Part shown: one piece after another, positions 23,926 through 34,252 of the stretch
Layout: each line of letters starts with the position of its first letter
Position numbering within the stretch: position 1 is the first letter of the stretch
Assembly: GCA_964430885.1 (NCBI GenBank)
Contig: CAYSHM010000002.1
Location: 141,009-205,008 of the forward strand
Direction of reading: 5' to 3'
DNA: 64,000 nucleotides
Origin: an uncultured archaeon
Lineage (GTDB): Archaea; Thermoplasmatota; Penumbrarchaeia; JASLWR01
Program-made: the position numbers and the translations under genes
Notes under the pieces: model-generated
Database searches by the model: none
The model's input: only the letters and a program-made list of their open reading frames with translations
Told to the model about the DNA's origin: nothing

Positions 23926-24197
23926 CGATTATTACTGGATTAATGATGGGACTAGTTCAATTAGTGATTTCATATATATGATCTAAAAATATGATCAAAA
24001 TTATTTTTGATGCAGAGTATCATAGGCTTTCTTGAAATAAAATCGTTTGTTCTGCTTTTTTTCTTTAATATTTTTTATTAGCTTTATTTGAAATTGTTAA
24101 TAATAGAGTTGGCCAGTATTTCATTTTTCATTATCTGAATTACTGGTCGAATGGTTTGTTGGTAGATTATTTATAACGATATATTGCATTCAATTTG

Positions 24198-25976
24198 TCA
24201 TTTGCTGAAAAACTTATTAATTCTCTCTTTTGTCCATGCATTGATCACCTGATCTGGCGTGGCCCTTCCTTTTCTGGCGGTACCTATCCCGAACCTTATT
24301 CCTTCCAGGTGATGAGGGCTGTGCCCATCACTGTTTATTGATAAAAGATTGCCCTTGTTCATTGCTTGGATCACATGGTCCATATTCAGATCCAGTCTGA
24401 CAGGGATGGAATTGATCTCCAAGGCAATATTATTGTTCATGGCGCTGTCCATGACGGTGTTCATGTCCATTGCACAGGGTTCCCGCTGTCCGATTTTTCG
24501 GCAGGTGGGATGTCCAAGAATATTGATATGGCCAGTAGACATGGCATCAGTCAATCTCTTTGTCATTTCATTGCTACTCATTTTAAAACCGGAGTGTACT
24601 GACCCCACAACATAATCCAATTCTTCAAGGACATGGTCAGGATAATCTAAAGATCCGTCCTTAAGTATGTCCACCTCGCTTCCTGCAAATATTTTAATGC
24701 CGTATTCATCGTGGTCCAATTCCCTGAGTCTTTCAATATTTTCCATTACCTTTATCTCATCTGGAGCATTAATCATCTTGAGGTTGGGGGAGTGGTCCGC
24801 AATACCGATATATTCATAATTCCTTCCCTTTGCATTGTCCACAACCTCCCTCCAAGACATGTGGCCATCACTCTCAGTGGAGTGTATATGAAGATCTCCT
24901 TTGATGTCCTGGATAGATATCAGCTCCGGTAGCTGTCCGGATTGTGCCAATTCGATCTCACCCCGGTCTTCCCTGGTTTCTGGGTAGGGGAATGAAAGTC
25001 CCAAGGCCTCATAGACCCCAATTTCATCATTCCCTGCTTTTTTTTCCTTCGATTTCCTGTCGTATACGCCGTACTCATTTATCTTCAATCCAATGGATAT
25101 AGCGATCTTCCTGACGGCGATATTGTGCTGCTGTGAACCTGTGAAATACTGGAGCGCCGCACCCCAGCACCCGCTATCAATAACCCGAAGGTCTACTTGG
25201 GTTCCGTCGTGGAACCTTACAGAAGATTTGGTTTTCCCCCGAGCTATAACATCTTTTACCAAGGTATAGGATGTGAATACCTCCATTATGCTGTCTACAA
25301 TCTCATTTTCCCGGTCCCCGTCCTCAAAATCTTGGTCATAATCGGTGCTCTTTCCGCCGTTTGATGGCGCCACTAGAATATCTATATCTCCGATTGTTTC
25401 GCACATTCTCCTAAGTGATCCTGCGATAGAGATATTCCTGATTTGGTCCGAGCAGTTGTTCTTCAGGTGATCTATATACTGCATTGCCTTCCCGTAGGCC
25501 TCCCCTAGGAGCATTCTGCCACCTGCCTGATAATAGGTCTCCAGCCCTTTTATGATATTGTTTTGGGAAACCTCTCCAAACCCGTCCAGTTCCTTTATTC
25601 GGTCGTTGAGGGCCGTTTCCTTAAGATCATCCAAGGTCCAGATCCCCAATTTCTTGTGAAGCTGCATGACCTTTTTTGGGCCTAGAGATGGTATGTCCAG
25701 CATTCTGATCAGGTCTGGGTGTATCTGGTCCTCCAGATCATCCAGATACCTGATGTGTCCGGTTTCGATATATTCCTCGATCTTCTTTGCGATAGCCTTG
25801 CCAATACCCTTCAGATTTTCCAATTCACCTTTATTCATTATCTCTCTAATATCAGAGGTCAATCCCTCAAGTGTAGAAGCTGCATTCCTGTAGGCTCTTA
25901 TCTTGAAAATGATCTCTCCTTTCAGTTCCAAGTAATCAGCGATTCGATATAATAAAACAGCAATGTCCTTGTTCAT
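24198..25976 (-). CDS. polX: DNA polymerase/3'-5' exonuclease PolX (PolX-PHP)
   Basis: HhH GIGKAIA, GSLRR..ETIGDIDIL, VDLR, YFTGS, and PHP motifs DLHIHS, DH, GHP, SDGH. Confidence 0.95.
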   Translation of the reverse strand: MNKDIAVLLYRIADYLELKGEIIFKIRAYRNAASTLEGLTSDIREIMNKGELENLKGIGKAIAKKIEEYIETGHIRYLDDLEDQIHPDLIRMLDIPSLGPKKVMQLHKKLGIWTLDDLKETALNDRIKELDGFGEVSQNNIIKGLETYYQAGGRMLLGEAYGKAMQYIDHLKNNCSDQIRNISIAGSLRRMCETIGDIDILVAPSNGGKSTDYDQDFEDGDRENEIVDSIMEVFTSYTLVKDVIARGKTKSSVRFHDGTQVDLRVIDSGCWGAALQYFTGSQQHNIAVRKIAISIGLKINEYGVYDRKSKEKKAGNDEIGVYEALGLSFPYPETREDRGEIELAQSGQLPELISIQDIKGDLHIHSTESDGHMSWREVVDNAKGRNYEYIGIADHSPNLKMINAPDEIKVMENIERLRELDHDEYGIKIFAGSEVDILKDGSLDYPDHVLEELDYVVGSVHSGFKMSSNEMTKRLTDAMSTGHINILGHPTCRKIGQREPCAMDMNTVMDSAMNNNIALEINSIPVRLDLNMDHVIQAMNKGNLLSINSDGHSPHHLEGIRFGIGTARKGRATPDQVINAWTKERINKFFSK

Positions 25977-26018
25977 GGATTATCACACCTTCATGGCATA
26001 GGGGGGCCATGATATTGA

Positions 26019-26480
26019 TCATTCAACACCCATTTTTTTCCATTTTGACTTGGCTCTAACATACTCCGGTGCAGCAAAACCGTATCTGAAACGGTCCATC
26101 ATGCTGAATTTCCAGGGTTTCCTAGACATTTTGGAGGCTAAAGCCCTGATAAATTTCTTCGAACAACTAATATTATCAACATTCAGGTCCTCGATTTCCA
26201 GCATGTGTACAATGCCTGATGCGGTGGGAGCTTTATTGAAAACCTTGATCCGTATATCCGCAGGCTCATGAACCTGGAAAACATAAACATAAGCAAATTT
26301 GGGCATAGGTACAACAAAAACAACCTTGGAAAACTCCTTCTGGCTCTCTTCTCTGGTGAATTTATAGCCCAGCTCTTTCAAGGTAGTTCTCACGAGGTAG
26401 GACAGCTCGTCCACCTCCGGCCAAACGGCAGCGGAAAATTTTTCGGGATATCTCACTCCCTTATAGGTAAAATGTCCCAT
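26019..26480 (-). CDS. Hypothetical protein
   Basis: 153-aa ORF co-oriented with its neighbours, with plausible composition. No family recognised. Confidence 0.7.
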   Translation of the reverse strand: MGHFTYKGVRYPEKFSAAVWPEVDELSYLVRTTLKELGYKFTREESQKEFSKVVFVVPMPKFAYVYVFQVHEPADIRIKVFNKAPTASGIVHMLEIEDLNVDNISCSKKFIRALASKMSRKPWKFSMMDRFRYGFAAPEYVRAKSKWKKMGVE

Positions 26481-26551
26481 GATAAATCCATCTCACTTCT
26501 GATACGGTTTCCTCGCGAAGTTCAGAACCATTGGATAATATATTATACATT

Positions 26552-28726
26552 TCAGGAGAAACCGCAGTTCTTGCAGCTGTCCAGATCGAACATGCATTCT
26601 ATGTGGTATACCTTGCTGCAATCCGGACATTGGTTCCCTTCTTCTCCGATCTTCATCATCCTGCTGCAGTGAAAACAGATATTTGCTTTCTCAAGGGATG
26701 GAATGAACTGCCATTTCTTTTCTAGCCCGCTGACCGTCCCGTTCGGAATATCGTGATCACTCTCATCTATTTCCCATTCTCCATCATCGTCCGCAATGCT
26801 TGGCTCATCTGCTGGCGGGGAGTCTATCGGGATATTGAGGTTTGGTACCGGTGCGGAATATGAATCAGAAGCATCCTTAACTGAAACCCATCCGCTGTCC
26901 TCCCCTGTCAGTTTATCCTTTTTCTCAGTTCGTTCCAATTTCTCAACTTCAACCGATGAGAGGCATGAAGATGTGTCGGACCCGCAGTTTGGACATACGG
27001 GTATTTCACATTCCAAATGCAGAAGAGAATCGCATATCTTGCACATATATGCGTTCTTGCTGGCCATGAAATCCCTGTTGCAGACCTCGCATTTAACAGT
27101 ATTGTTAACGGTGATTCTTCTGCTGGGTTCCTTTTTAGGTTCGAGTCTTTTACCTGAAAGGGCCGTGTCAGGGGTTTCTCCGGAAGTATCGGCTTTGCCC
27201 CCTTTTGTCTTGTCATAAGGGCTGGAAGCTCTTTTTTTCATAATGACCATCAGCGCTACCATTATAATGATTATAACAGCAAAGACGATGGATAGAATTA
27301 TTATGGTAAGCACCCAATTTTTATCCTCTTCTTTTTTGTCCTGTTTACCCGAACCAGCACTTTCGACCTCTATCTTGGTGAACTTTTCATCAACAGTGCC
27401 GTCATTGTCCATGACAAGCAGTGTTATATTATGGGTCCCTCCACTGAGCTTAATCATGTCATTGAGGGATGTGGAGATTAATCCGTCAAGATCCGATACC
27501 CATCTGTAGCTTATTATATTGCCGTCATTATCACTGGACCCTAATGCCGATAGGTTGATCTCTCTGTCCGATGAATATGACCCTTCACCCGGACCCAATG
27601 GTCTAGGGTTCTTCAAAACGGCATTTGGGGGTTGATTGACATTATCAACCACGATTGTCCATCCTCTTACATAGGCCCTGGAACCTGACTTGACCAAGAC
27701 CTTCAAAGATCGTGAGCCCTGGTCCCTGAACTTGGGGGAATATGTGTAGTTCCACCCGTCCTCATTGGGGATTTCGTCTCCATCCATTTCCCAAGAATAA
27801 CTCACAACCACATCATCAATGTTCTCAACCTCCAGGGAGAAACTGAGTCCCTCACCCTCTGGAATATATACAACGCTGTCTGCGGGATGACTGGCAATTA
27901 TTAATATATCATCTGTAACGCTTCTAATATTGACTGTAACTTGTGCTGAAACCGAAGTACCTAGGTGATCCACGGCAGATATTTCCAGAGTTTCCATCCC
28001 ATAGTAGTTCTCCTCGGAGAAAAAGGTGACGAGTCCTGTGCTGTTGTCCATGAGGTAATGGACCATATCATTGTTCCTGATAACATAACCCAGCTCATCA
28101 CCGTCAGGATCAGAGAAATATTTGTGGAGGTCCAATCCCATATATGATGCACTCCCTCCCTCTTCCAAAACCTGGGTCGGGATCTTTCCCCCAACCACCT
28201 TATCAGTGACTTCAGGAATCTTATTGTAAAACACAGAGAGTCCTCTGAGGGTTAGGTTCCCGGCTGTGGTCGATGTGATATTGAGTGTTATCGGAGGGGT
28301 TTTTCCATTGCCGGTTTCCGGGATAAGTTCATTGTTCAGGGTGCTTATTATATCATTGCCTTCGATAGTGGTGTTTCCTACCAGTTGACCGGGATACTGC
28401 CATTCCACCTTTGAACTGCTGCCTATATTAAAGGTTATGTCAGATGGATAGGACCCATTGAGGGGGTGGCTGCTGATCTTCATTGAGAAATCATGTACCT
28501 TCTCTCCTTCATCCAGGGTCATGGTTATTTGGGTGTTGGTTCCGCCTCCCACAGGAAATTGAATAATCGCTTCAGGCGAATCATCGGAGAAAGTATCCAC
28601 ATCTGGACTTGCATATACTCCAGGTCCGAAGGTCCAGAAGCAAATTGTTAAAACGAATATCAGCAAGATACTCTTAATCTTGTTTGAGTTGAATTTACGG
28701 TTTGATTTCTCATTTTCTGAAAGCAT
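26552..28726 (-). CDS. Single-pass surface protein (cadherin/Ig/PKD-like) with two cytoplasmic RING/PHD-like zinc fingers
   Basis: Signal peptide, FSDPDGDEL and SSDNDGNIISYRW Ig/PKD motifs, TM WVLTIIILSIVFAVIIIIMVALMVIM, and two C4-H-C3 Cys/His clusters. Confidence 0.85.
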   Translation of the reverse strand: MLSENEKSNRKFNSNKIKSILLIFVLTICFWTFGPGVYASPDVDTFSDDSPEAIIQFPVGGGTNTQITMTLDEGEKVHDFSMKISSHPLNGSYPSDITFNIGSSSKVEWQYPGQLVGNTTIEGNDIISTLNNELIPETGNGKTPPITLNITSTTAGNLTLRGLSVFYNKIPEVTDKVVGGKIPTQVLEEGGSASYMGLDLHKYFSDPDGDELGYVIRNNDMVHYLMDNSTGLVTFFSEENYYGMETLEISAVDHLGTSVSAQVTVNIRSVTDDILIIASHPADSVVYIPEGEGLSFSLEVENIDDVVVSYSWEMDGDEIPNEDGWNYTYSPKFRDQGSRSLKVLVKSGSRAYVRGWTIVVDNVNQPPNAVLKNPRPLGPGEGSYSSDREINLSALGSSDNDGNIISYRWVSDLDGLISTSLNDMIKLSGGTHNITLLVMDNDGTVDEKFTKIEVESAGSGKQDKKEEDKNWVLTIIILSIVFAVIIIIMVALMVIMKKRASSPYDKTKGGKADTSGETPDTALSGKRLEPKKEPSRRITVNNTVKCEVCNRDFMASKNAYMCKICDSLLHLECEIPVCPNCGSDTSSCLSSVEVEKLERTEKKDKLTGEDSGWVSVKDASDSYSAPVPNLNIPIDSPPADEPSIADDDGEWEIDESDHDIPNGTVSGLEKKWQFIPSLEKANICFHCSRMMKIGEEGNQCPDCSKVYHIECMFDLDSCKNCGFS

Positions 28727-28819
28727 TGAACACCCTCTCCTTGGATTGATAATCACGGTATAGATTAAATTCCATATTTAACATTTTGTGATAATTGGGA
28801 AAGGAATACTAGATACTGA

Positions 28820-31800
28820 TTACTCAAGGATCACAACATCCTTGGGATTCTCTTGCTTCTCTATGAAATCCAGATCCATCCCCATTTCTGATGCAATTTG
28901 CTTCACAGCACTGTCGCTGTTAACAATTCGTGCAATATTTTTGTGAGCCTCTTCAGTTCCGATTTTTCTAAGGGACTGTAATGATAGGGTCCGATCCTCA
29001 GGTTCAATAGATCTCTCAAGCATATTTGCCAACGCAGGGACCGTTCGAGGATCTTCGGTTCTTCCGAGATATTCAAGTGCCAATCTTCTGATCTTGATAG
29101 GGAGATCATACAATCTTTCGATGATCATTTGAACCGCATATCTGTCATTGAATAGAAGGAGCCTTTCGAAGGCTTCCCTGGCCTTTTTGGTTGAATGTTT
29201 TACCAGATCATTCACGATTTCAGTGGTGATGAATTGATTCACGCAGGTCCTCAAGGGCGATTTTCCAACTCTTATGAAAAGATGATCTTTCATTTTTCCT
29301 GCATTTGCCTGGCCTTTTTTCAAATTATAGAAATGGTATTCAACAAACAGAGATCTGCATATTGAAACGAATAGTTTCCAAGCGGTATTTCTTCTTAATA
29401 TCTTTTCATTATTTGATTCCAAGTGGTCAATTCCATGGAGTACTAATTCGGTTAATTCCATATCACTCATGTCGGCCAAAATAGTCAAGAATTCCATTAG
29501 GCTCCATTTTTCATCTATATTTTTAAATGGTCTATGAATCCATTTATCCATATCAAACCTGATTTCTTTTTTATTAAAATCCCTATCCAGACGATCCTGC
29601 TTGCCAGCGCTTTCAATTTTGACTTCTTTAGATTTTATTTCTGACCTTTCAGTAGTTATCCATTTTGGGTAATATTTATTATGGTTTGGACTCTCCTTCT
29701 TCACCTTCGGGATGTCCATAAGGTAGCGCGTTAAACCTGAGATCAATCTTATTGACAGGTAAAGATTGCCTTTTGAAGCATTTAGGATTTCTGTAAGGGA
29801 TTGTTCTTCATAACCCCTTCTGAGGCTCTCAAGTATATCGGAGATAGGGGAGAAGCTAATGATGGATGTTTCCCTGGTCCTCAGCTTCATGAATCCGGTC
29901 TTTCTCACGGTTTTTTCAAATTCAAAAAATCCGCTGGATTCTAGAAACTTTTTACATTGATCTCTTTTTACTTTGGATTTTTTTGATATGTAGTGAAGTG
30001 TAAGATCTTCTGCTCTTACGATGTCGGAAAGCCCAGTCTTTAGAACACTTTGGGCGAACAGAGTGTTGGTTGTGAGAAGCAGGACCTCGATCGGTTTTCT
30101 TTCGGAATCGTTTTCATTCACCTTCTGATTTGATCCTTCCTTCGGAATTTTATGATTATCCATTGGTTTCTTGCAAGGGGGACCCTTGAAGATCTCCTCA
30201 ATACCGGAGTAATAATTAATTTCATCAATTATTGGCGCCGCTACAATTTTCAATAGCTCGTGAGGTGCGCATTTATCAATAGGCAGAATTGTCGAAACCG
30301 TGACGGAGGAATTGCCCGGCGCAGCTTTAATACCCTGTATCCTGTAGCGGTATGGCCCGATGTTTTTATTATTGTTCAATAATTTGAAAGAGCCATTTGG
30401 GAAATATAGTTCAATATTTATCGGAACGGTTGAAGATGATGTATTCTTAACGGATATCTGGATATCTGTTCTACTTCCGCTTCCACCCATGAGCATCTTA
30501 TTTTTCAGTGCGAATACCAGTTCTTTTCCGAATGTGTAGTAATCCTTTCTATACTTGACATTCTCATAATAATTAAGAATGAAATTCTGTGTTCTGGACA
30601 CATTTCGTACCCAATTAAAATGCCATGTCTTATGGAATTTTTTGATATAACGGAAGAGATTCTGTCGGTGAAAGTCATTCAATATCTCGGTCGCCTTCTT
30701 TTGATCATTGGCTCGTTGATCTTTGACCATTTGGGATGCGATCTCATTTTCGGTCCATTTAATCAGGTGCTGTGTTATTAACGATAAATGCATCTCCAGG
30801 AGCGTACTGTAATATAATAATGAAAGTGCAGATGTTATGTCCATATTTCCTTCATTGAATTGTATCAGTATTTCGTCTATTTTGCTCTGGATAGCCTGAT
30901 AAGCGAGGCCTAAGAACATTAAGGTGTTGGCCCCTTTTTCCGGGTCCCAAATGGCACCGTCAGTATCTGAATGATCAAATGAAAGTATATTCGAATTGAG
31001 GCCTGTGTAAAGGAGAGGCGGTGTTTTTTCAAGGATTTCAGTCATTTCACCATCAAATTGATCCCCCTTGTTCCTATCTGCTTTCCTGAGAGCTTTTTTG
31101 AATCTTTTCAATATTCTACTGTTCTTGCTGTATGGTGAACCAGAAAAATCTTGAAGAAAGACAAGGTAATCCCTGCTTAAGAGGGTATTTTTCAGAGGTT
31201 TAGATACAAGTTCTTTCAGCATGTATAAAGGGGATCTTGACATTATCTGATACTTTTTTTTCAGCTTGTGGCCCTTTGCATTTTTCATCCGTTTTCTAAA
31301 TAGCTTAATTAAACCCTCCAGATGATAGGATGGGTCATATTCGTTCCAATACTGGTCTTTAAGATGAAATGCTTTGGATAGATCTTTGGATATGGTGTTT
31401 TTCTGAATTATATTTCTCAACATTCCACCAAGGGACCGCTGAATAATTTCCAGCTTGTTTCTTACATCATATAATACATTTCTAGTCAAACCCGTGCTGC
31501 TGCACCAATTTAGGAGTATTTGACCTTCAAACTCCTTCCGAATTCTTTTTTCCGAATCCTTAGTTATCAATGAATTCCTATAAAGAAAAAAATATCCGCC
31601 ATTTTCGAGATGAACGGTTTTATGATCCGCTATTGCATCTATTCTAGTGATTTTTTCATCTGGAAACAGGTATTTGTCAAAAGCTGCATTTCCATCTGCC
31701 TTATCATTATCTACTTGTTTTATTGAACCGTAATCTAATACATTCAGTTGTACAGGTATTTCGTGGTCCCGCTGTATTTGGGTGAAATAAGTCTGTCTGT

Positions 31801-33232
31801 AAGCTTTAAATGAGTGCTTTCTTCCTTTGACAAGAGGTGTTATCCGTATCTCAATGGGTCCTGAATCCGTGTTTTCAGGAATTAATAAGGAGCTTTGAAG
31901 TAAACCCCTGATTTTTCCCACCTCAGTTTCAAATCCTTTCCGATCCAGATCCAGGACTACTTTCCTCTGGTTTATTACTGTACTGTCTTTAATCAGTTCT
32001 ATATGTGCCCCGTATTTCAGGTCTAGAATGTTTTTCTCCCACTCGAACAATGCTCTGACCATCACTTTTTCTCCGGGTTTGTATCCGGTTTTACTGCAGT
32101 AAGCCCCAATGAATCTGAGATCAAGGCCATGACTTATTTTCAGTTTTAATAGCTTCTCTATTTCAATATCGCCTGTAAATCCGATGAGAAGATCATAGTC
32201 ACCTGGTGCTAGGTTTTTCAGAAGTTCAATATCATAGGTTTTGTTGAGAATGTGCAGGTTATTATTATTATCAGGGGGAATTGATATTTTATCCAAATCA
32301 GTATCATAAAGCTTCTTTCCTTGATAATCTACAGCCAATCGTATGTCTAAATCAAGCAGATTGGACCCGGCATTTACCAATTCCAGTTCCAGTCCGCCAG
32401 TATTCCCTTCAGTAATCGTCTGCTGGATGAGTTCTATTGTTTTTAACTCAAGTTTCTTTAACTCTCTGATACAGACGGCTTTTGGAAATTCCTTTTCAAT
32501 GATTTCTTCTTGAACCTTTATAAAAACCTTCAATGTAAGTCCGTCCTCACAGGCGCTTTCGTCAAGGGTATCGCTGTCCAATATAAAAGCAGCAGAATAA
32601 TTGCCGAGTCTGTCCTTCGAATAGTCATTACTATCTGCCGTTACTATGGTGTTACCGTTTTTGTCTATTAATTTTATCCATGCATTTTTTACTGCTTTGC
32701 TTTGGTTCCCTGCAATATCTATTTTAATGTTGTTTTCTCTTCTTGGTGATATGACAATAGGTTCTACTGGCAGGCCGACCCGGATATCTTTATCTCTTCG
32801 GATCTTCAATATTCCGCTTGAAAAATCCTTGATAGTATTGAAATATATCCCGTGTTTAATGATTATTCTAGAGTGCAGTTCATGATTTCCCTTCTGCATC
32901 AGTTCAAGATCAATGGGGTATTCTTCTTCTATACCAGTAGGCTCAATGGTTAACTCAGGGATTGAAATTATGGGCCCTGATATTTTAATATCCAGTTTAT
33001 CGGGAATGTCGTCTTCTTGATATTTCATTTTCAAGATGTTTTTGATCTTTTTAGTTCCCCCATCCTCCATAAGATCGATTTTAGCATCAATGTCCGGTTT
33101 TGCACTTTTGGTAAATACCGAGATTTCAAAGGATATGGTATTTTCCTTTTCCTGTTTCCTTTGTTTGGTGCCCATTAAATTCCCTCGGCCTTTTGTTGAA
33201 TTCAATTCGCTTTCATTAATCATCATTGCCAA
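28820..33232 (-). CDS. Large hypothetical protein with beta-sandwich-like segments and C-terminal HEAT/PBS-like repeats
   Basis: 1470-aa ORF. IRRLALEYLGRTEDPRTVPALANML...RTLSLQSLRKIGTEEA is HEAT_2-like. No obvious signal peptide or TM. Confidence 0.75.
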   Translation of the reverse strand: MAMMINESELNSTKGRGNLMGTKQRKQEKENTISFEISVFTKSAKPDIDAKIDLMEDGGTKKIKNILKMKYQEDDIPDKLDIKISGPIISIPELTIEPTGIEEEYPIDLELMQKGNHELHSRIIIKHGIYFNTIKDFSSGILKIRRDKDIRVGLPVEPIVISPRRENNIKIDIAGNQSKAVKNAWIKLIDKNGNTIVTADSNDYSKDRLGNYSAAFILDSDTLDESACEDGLTLKVFIKVQEEIIEKEFPKAVCIRELKKLELKTIELIQQTITEGNTGGLELELVNAGSNLLDLDIRLAVDYQGKKLYDTDLDKISIPPDNNNNLHILNKTYDIELLKNLAPGDYDLLIGFTGDIEIEKLLKLKISHGLDLRFIGAYCSKTGYKPGEKVMVRALFEWEKNILDLKYGAHIELIKDSTVINQRKVVLDLDRKGFETEVGKIRGLLQSSLLIPENTDSGPIEIRITPLVKGRKHSFKAYRQTYFTQIQRDHEIPVQLNVLDYGSIKQVDNDKADGNAAFDKYLFPDEKITRIDAIADHKTVHLENGGYFFLYRNSLITKDSEKRIRKEFEGQILLNWCSSTGLTRNVLYDVRNKLEIIQRSLGGMLRNIIQKNTISKDLSKAFHLKDQYWNEYDPSYHLEGLIKLFRKRMKNAKGHKLKKKYQIMSRSPLYMLKELVSKPLKNTLLSRDYLVFLQDFSGSPYSKNSRILKRFKKALRKADRNKGDQFDGEMTEILEKTPPLLYTGLNSNILSFDHSDTDGAIWDPEKGANTLMFLGLAYQAIQSKIDEILIQFNEGNMDITSALSLLYYSTLLEMHLSLITQHLIKWTENEIASQMVKDQRANDQKKATEILNDFHRQNLFRYIKKFHKTWHFNWVRNVSRTQNFILNYYENVKYRKDYYTFGKELVFALKNKMLMGGSGSRTDIQISVKNTSSSTVPINIELYFPNGSFKLLNNNKNIGPYRYRIQGIKAAPGNSSVTVSTILPIDKCAPHELLKIVAAPIIDEINYYSGIEEIFKGPPCKKPMDNHKIPKEGSNQKVNENDSERKPIEVLLLTTNTLFAQSVLKTGLSDIVRAEDLTLHYISKKSKVKRDQCKKFLESSGFFEFEKTVRKTGFMKLRTRETSIISFSPISDILESLRRGYEEQSLTEILNASKGNLYLSIRLISGLTRYLMDIPKVKKESPNHNKYYPKWITTERSEIKSKEVKIESAGKQDRLDRDFNKKEIRFDMDKWIHRPFKNIDEKWSLMEFLTILADMSDMELTELVLHGIDHLESNNEKILRRNTAWKLFVSICRSLFVEYHFYNLKKGQANAGKMKDHLFIRVGKSPLRTCVNQFITTEIVNDLVKHSTKKAREAFERLLLFNDRYAVQMIIERLYDLPIKIRRLALEYLGRTEDPRTVPALANMLERSIEPEDRTLSLQSLRKIGTEEAHKNIARIVNSDSAVKQIASEMGMDLDFIEKQENPKDVVILE

Positions 33233-33382
33233 TAGACATGTTTCTCATAAGTTCAAATTGCTAGTTCATATTGCCTTGTCATTAGATAAATCGGGTCTAT
33301 TTGAATATGGATATTATCATTTACCAAATTCAAGGATACATTACCTATGTCAGAACAATAATGCAAATTAGGTGGAAGCGGA

Positions 33383-34189
33383 TCACGTACCTAACCATAT
33401 ACCTGAAACCACTTTCCTAAGTGTCGCAATAGCAGATAGGGCTGCAAGATAGCTGGTTCTAGGATTGGTGATGGATGGGTAATTCTGCAGCTCAATTGAA
33501 AGCCTGCCGAATCTCCCTTTAACCTTTAGTCTATGGGTGTTGGTGGTTATGTTCGGGTCAGCCACGATCCGTACTATTGTTCTCTCGAATCCGATACCTG
33601 CCAGCGATAATGCCGCTGATACGTTGATATTCTTGGGGAATTTTTTCACCGCTTCTTTTGCGGCCCCTTCAAAAAGAATGGTCTTTTCCTTGATATTGCT
33701 CACATTGATACCCTTTTCCATGAAATATTCGGCCCCCTCAAGGCTCGATGGATGTTTGAGAGTGGTCAATTCAACACTGTCAACCTGGGCAACCGATGCG
33801 CTCTTCAAACCGTCAATCCCTGCAACAGCTCCAGAAGGTATGTAGAGATTGACTCCCTTCTCCTTGGTGAGATTGACCATTCTTTCATAGAGTTCAAAAT
33901 CCTGGAGGGCTCCGATGCTCATTATCATCAGGTCTTTTCCATTATCAAGGATGAAATGGCCGTATCTTTTAACCGCTTCCTGGGATGCAGCTTCTATGAC
34001 TAGGTCCGATTTCAGAATTATCTCTTTGCAATCACCATAGCTGGAGGCTTTGGGGACTTTTGAAGCCAGTTCTCTGCTCTTTATGGATAGTTGATCGAAG
34101 AGGAGTACATGATTGACTTCATCAATGTTGCTGCATTCTTTTGCCAACATGGCACCTATGAAACCGCATCCAATGATTCCTATTTTCGT
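33383..34189 (-). CDS. nadX: L-aspartate dehydrogenase (start non-canonical or frameshifted)
   Basis: EAASQEAV, SGAVAGIDG, FEGAAKEAVKKFPKNINV, NPRTSYLAALS. The in-frame KIGIIGCGFIG Rossmann motif lies upstream of the ATG at 34150. Confidence 0.92.
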   Translation of the reverse strand, partial: TKIGIIGCGFIGAMLAKECSNIDEVNHVLLFDQLSIKSRELASKVPKASSYGDCKEIILKSDLVIEAASQEAVKRYGHFILDNGKDLMIMSIGALQDFELYERMVNLTKEKGVNLYIPSGAVAGIDGLKSASVAQVDSVELTTLKHPSSLEGAEYFMEKGINVSNIKEKTILFEGAAKEAVKKFPKNINVSAALSLAGIGFERTIVRIVADPNITTNTHRLKVKGRFGRLSIELQNYPSITNPRTSYLAALSAIATLRKVVSGIWLGT

Positions 34190-34252
34190 TCTACCACCAC
34201 CATGATTATTAAAGCAAATTATGGGTAATTAATAAGGTCGAAATAGCATTTT

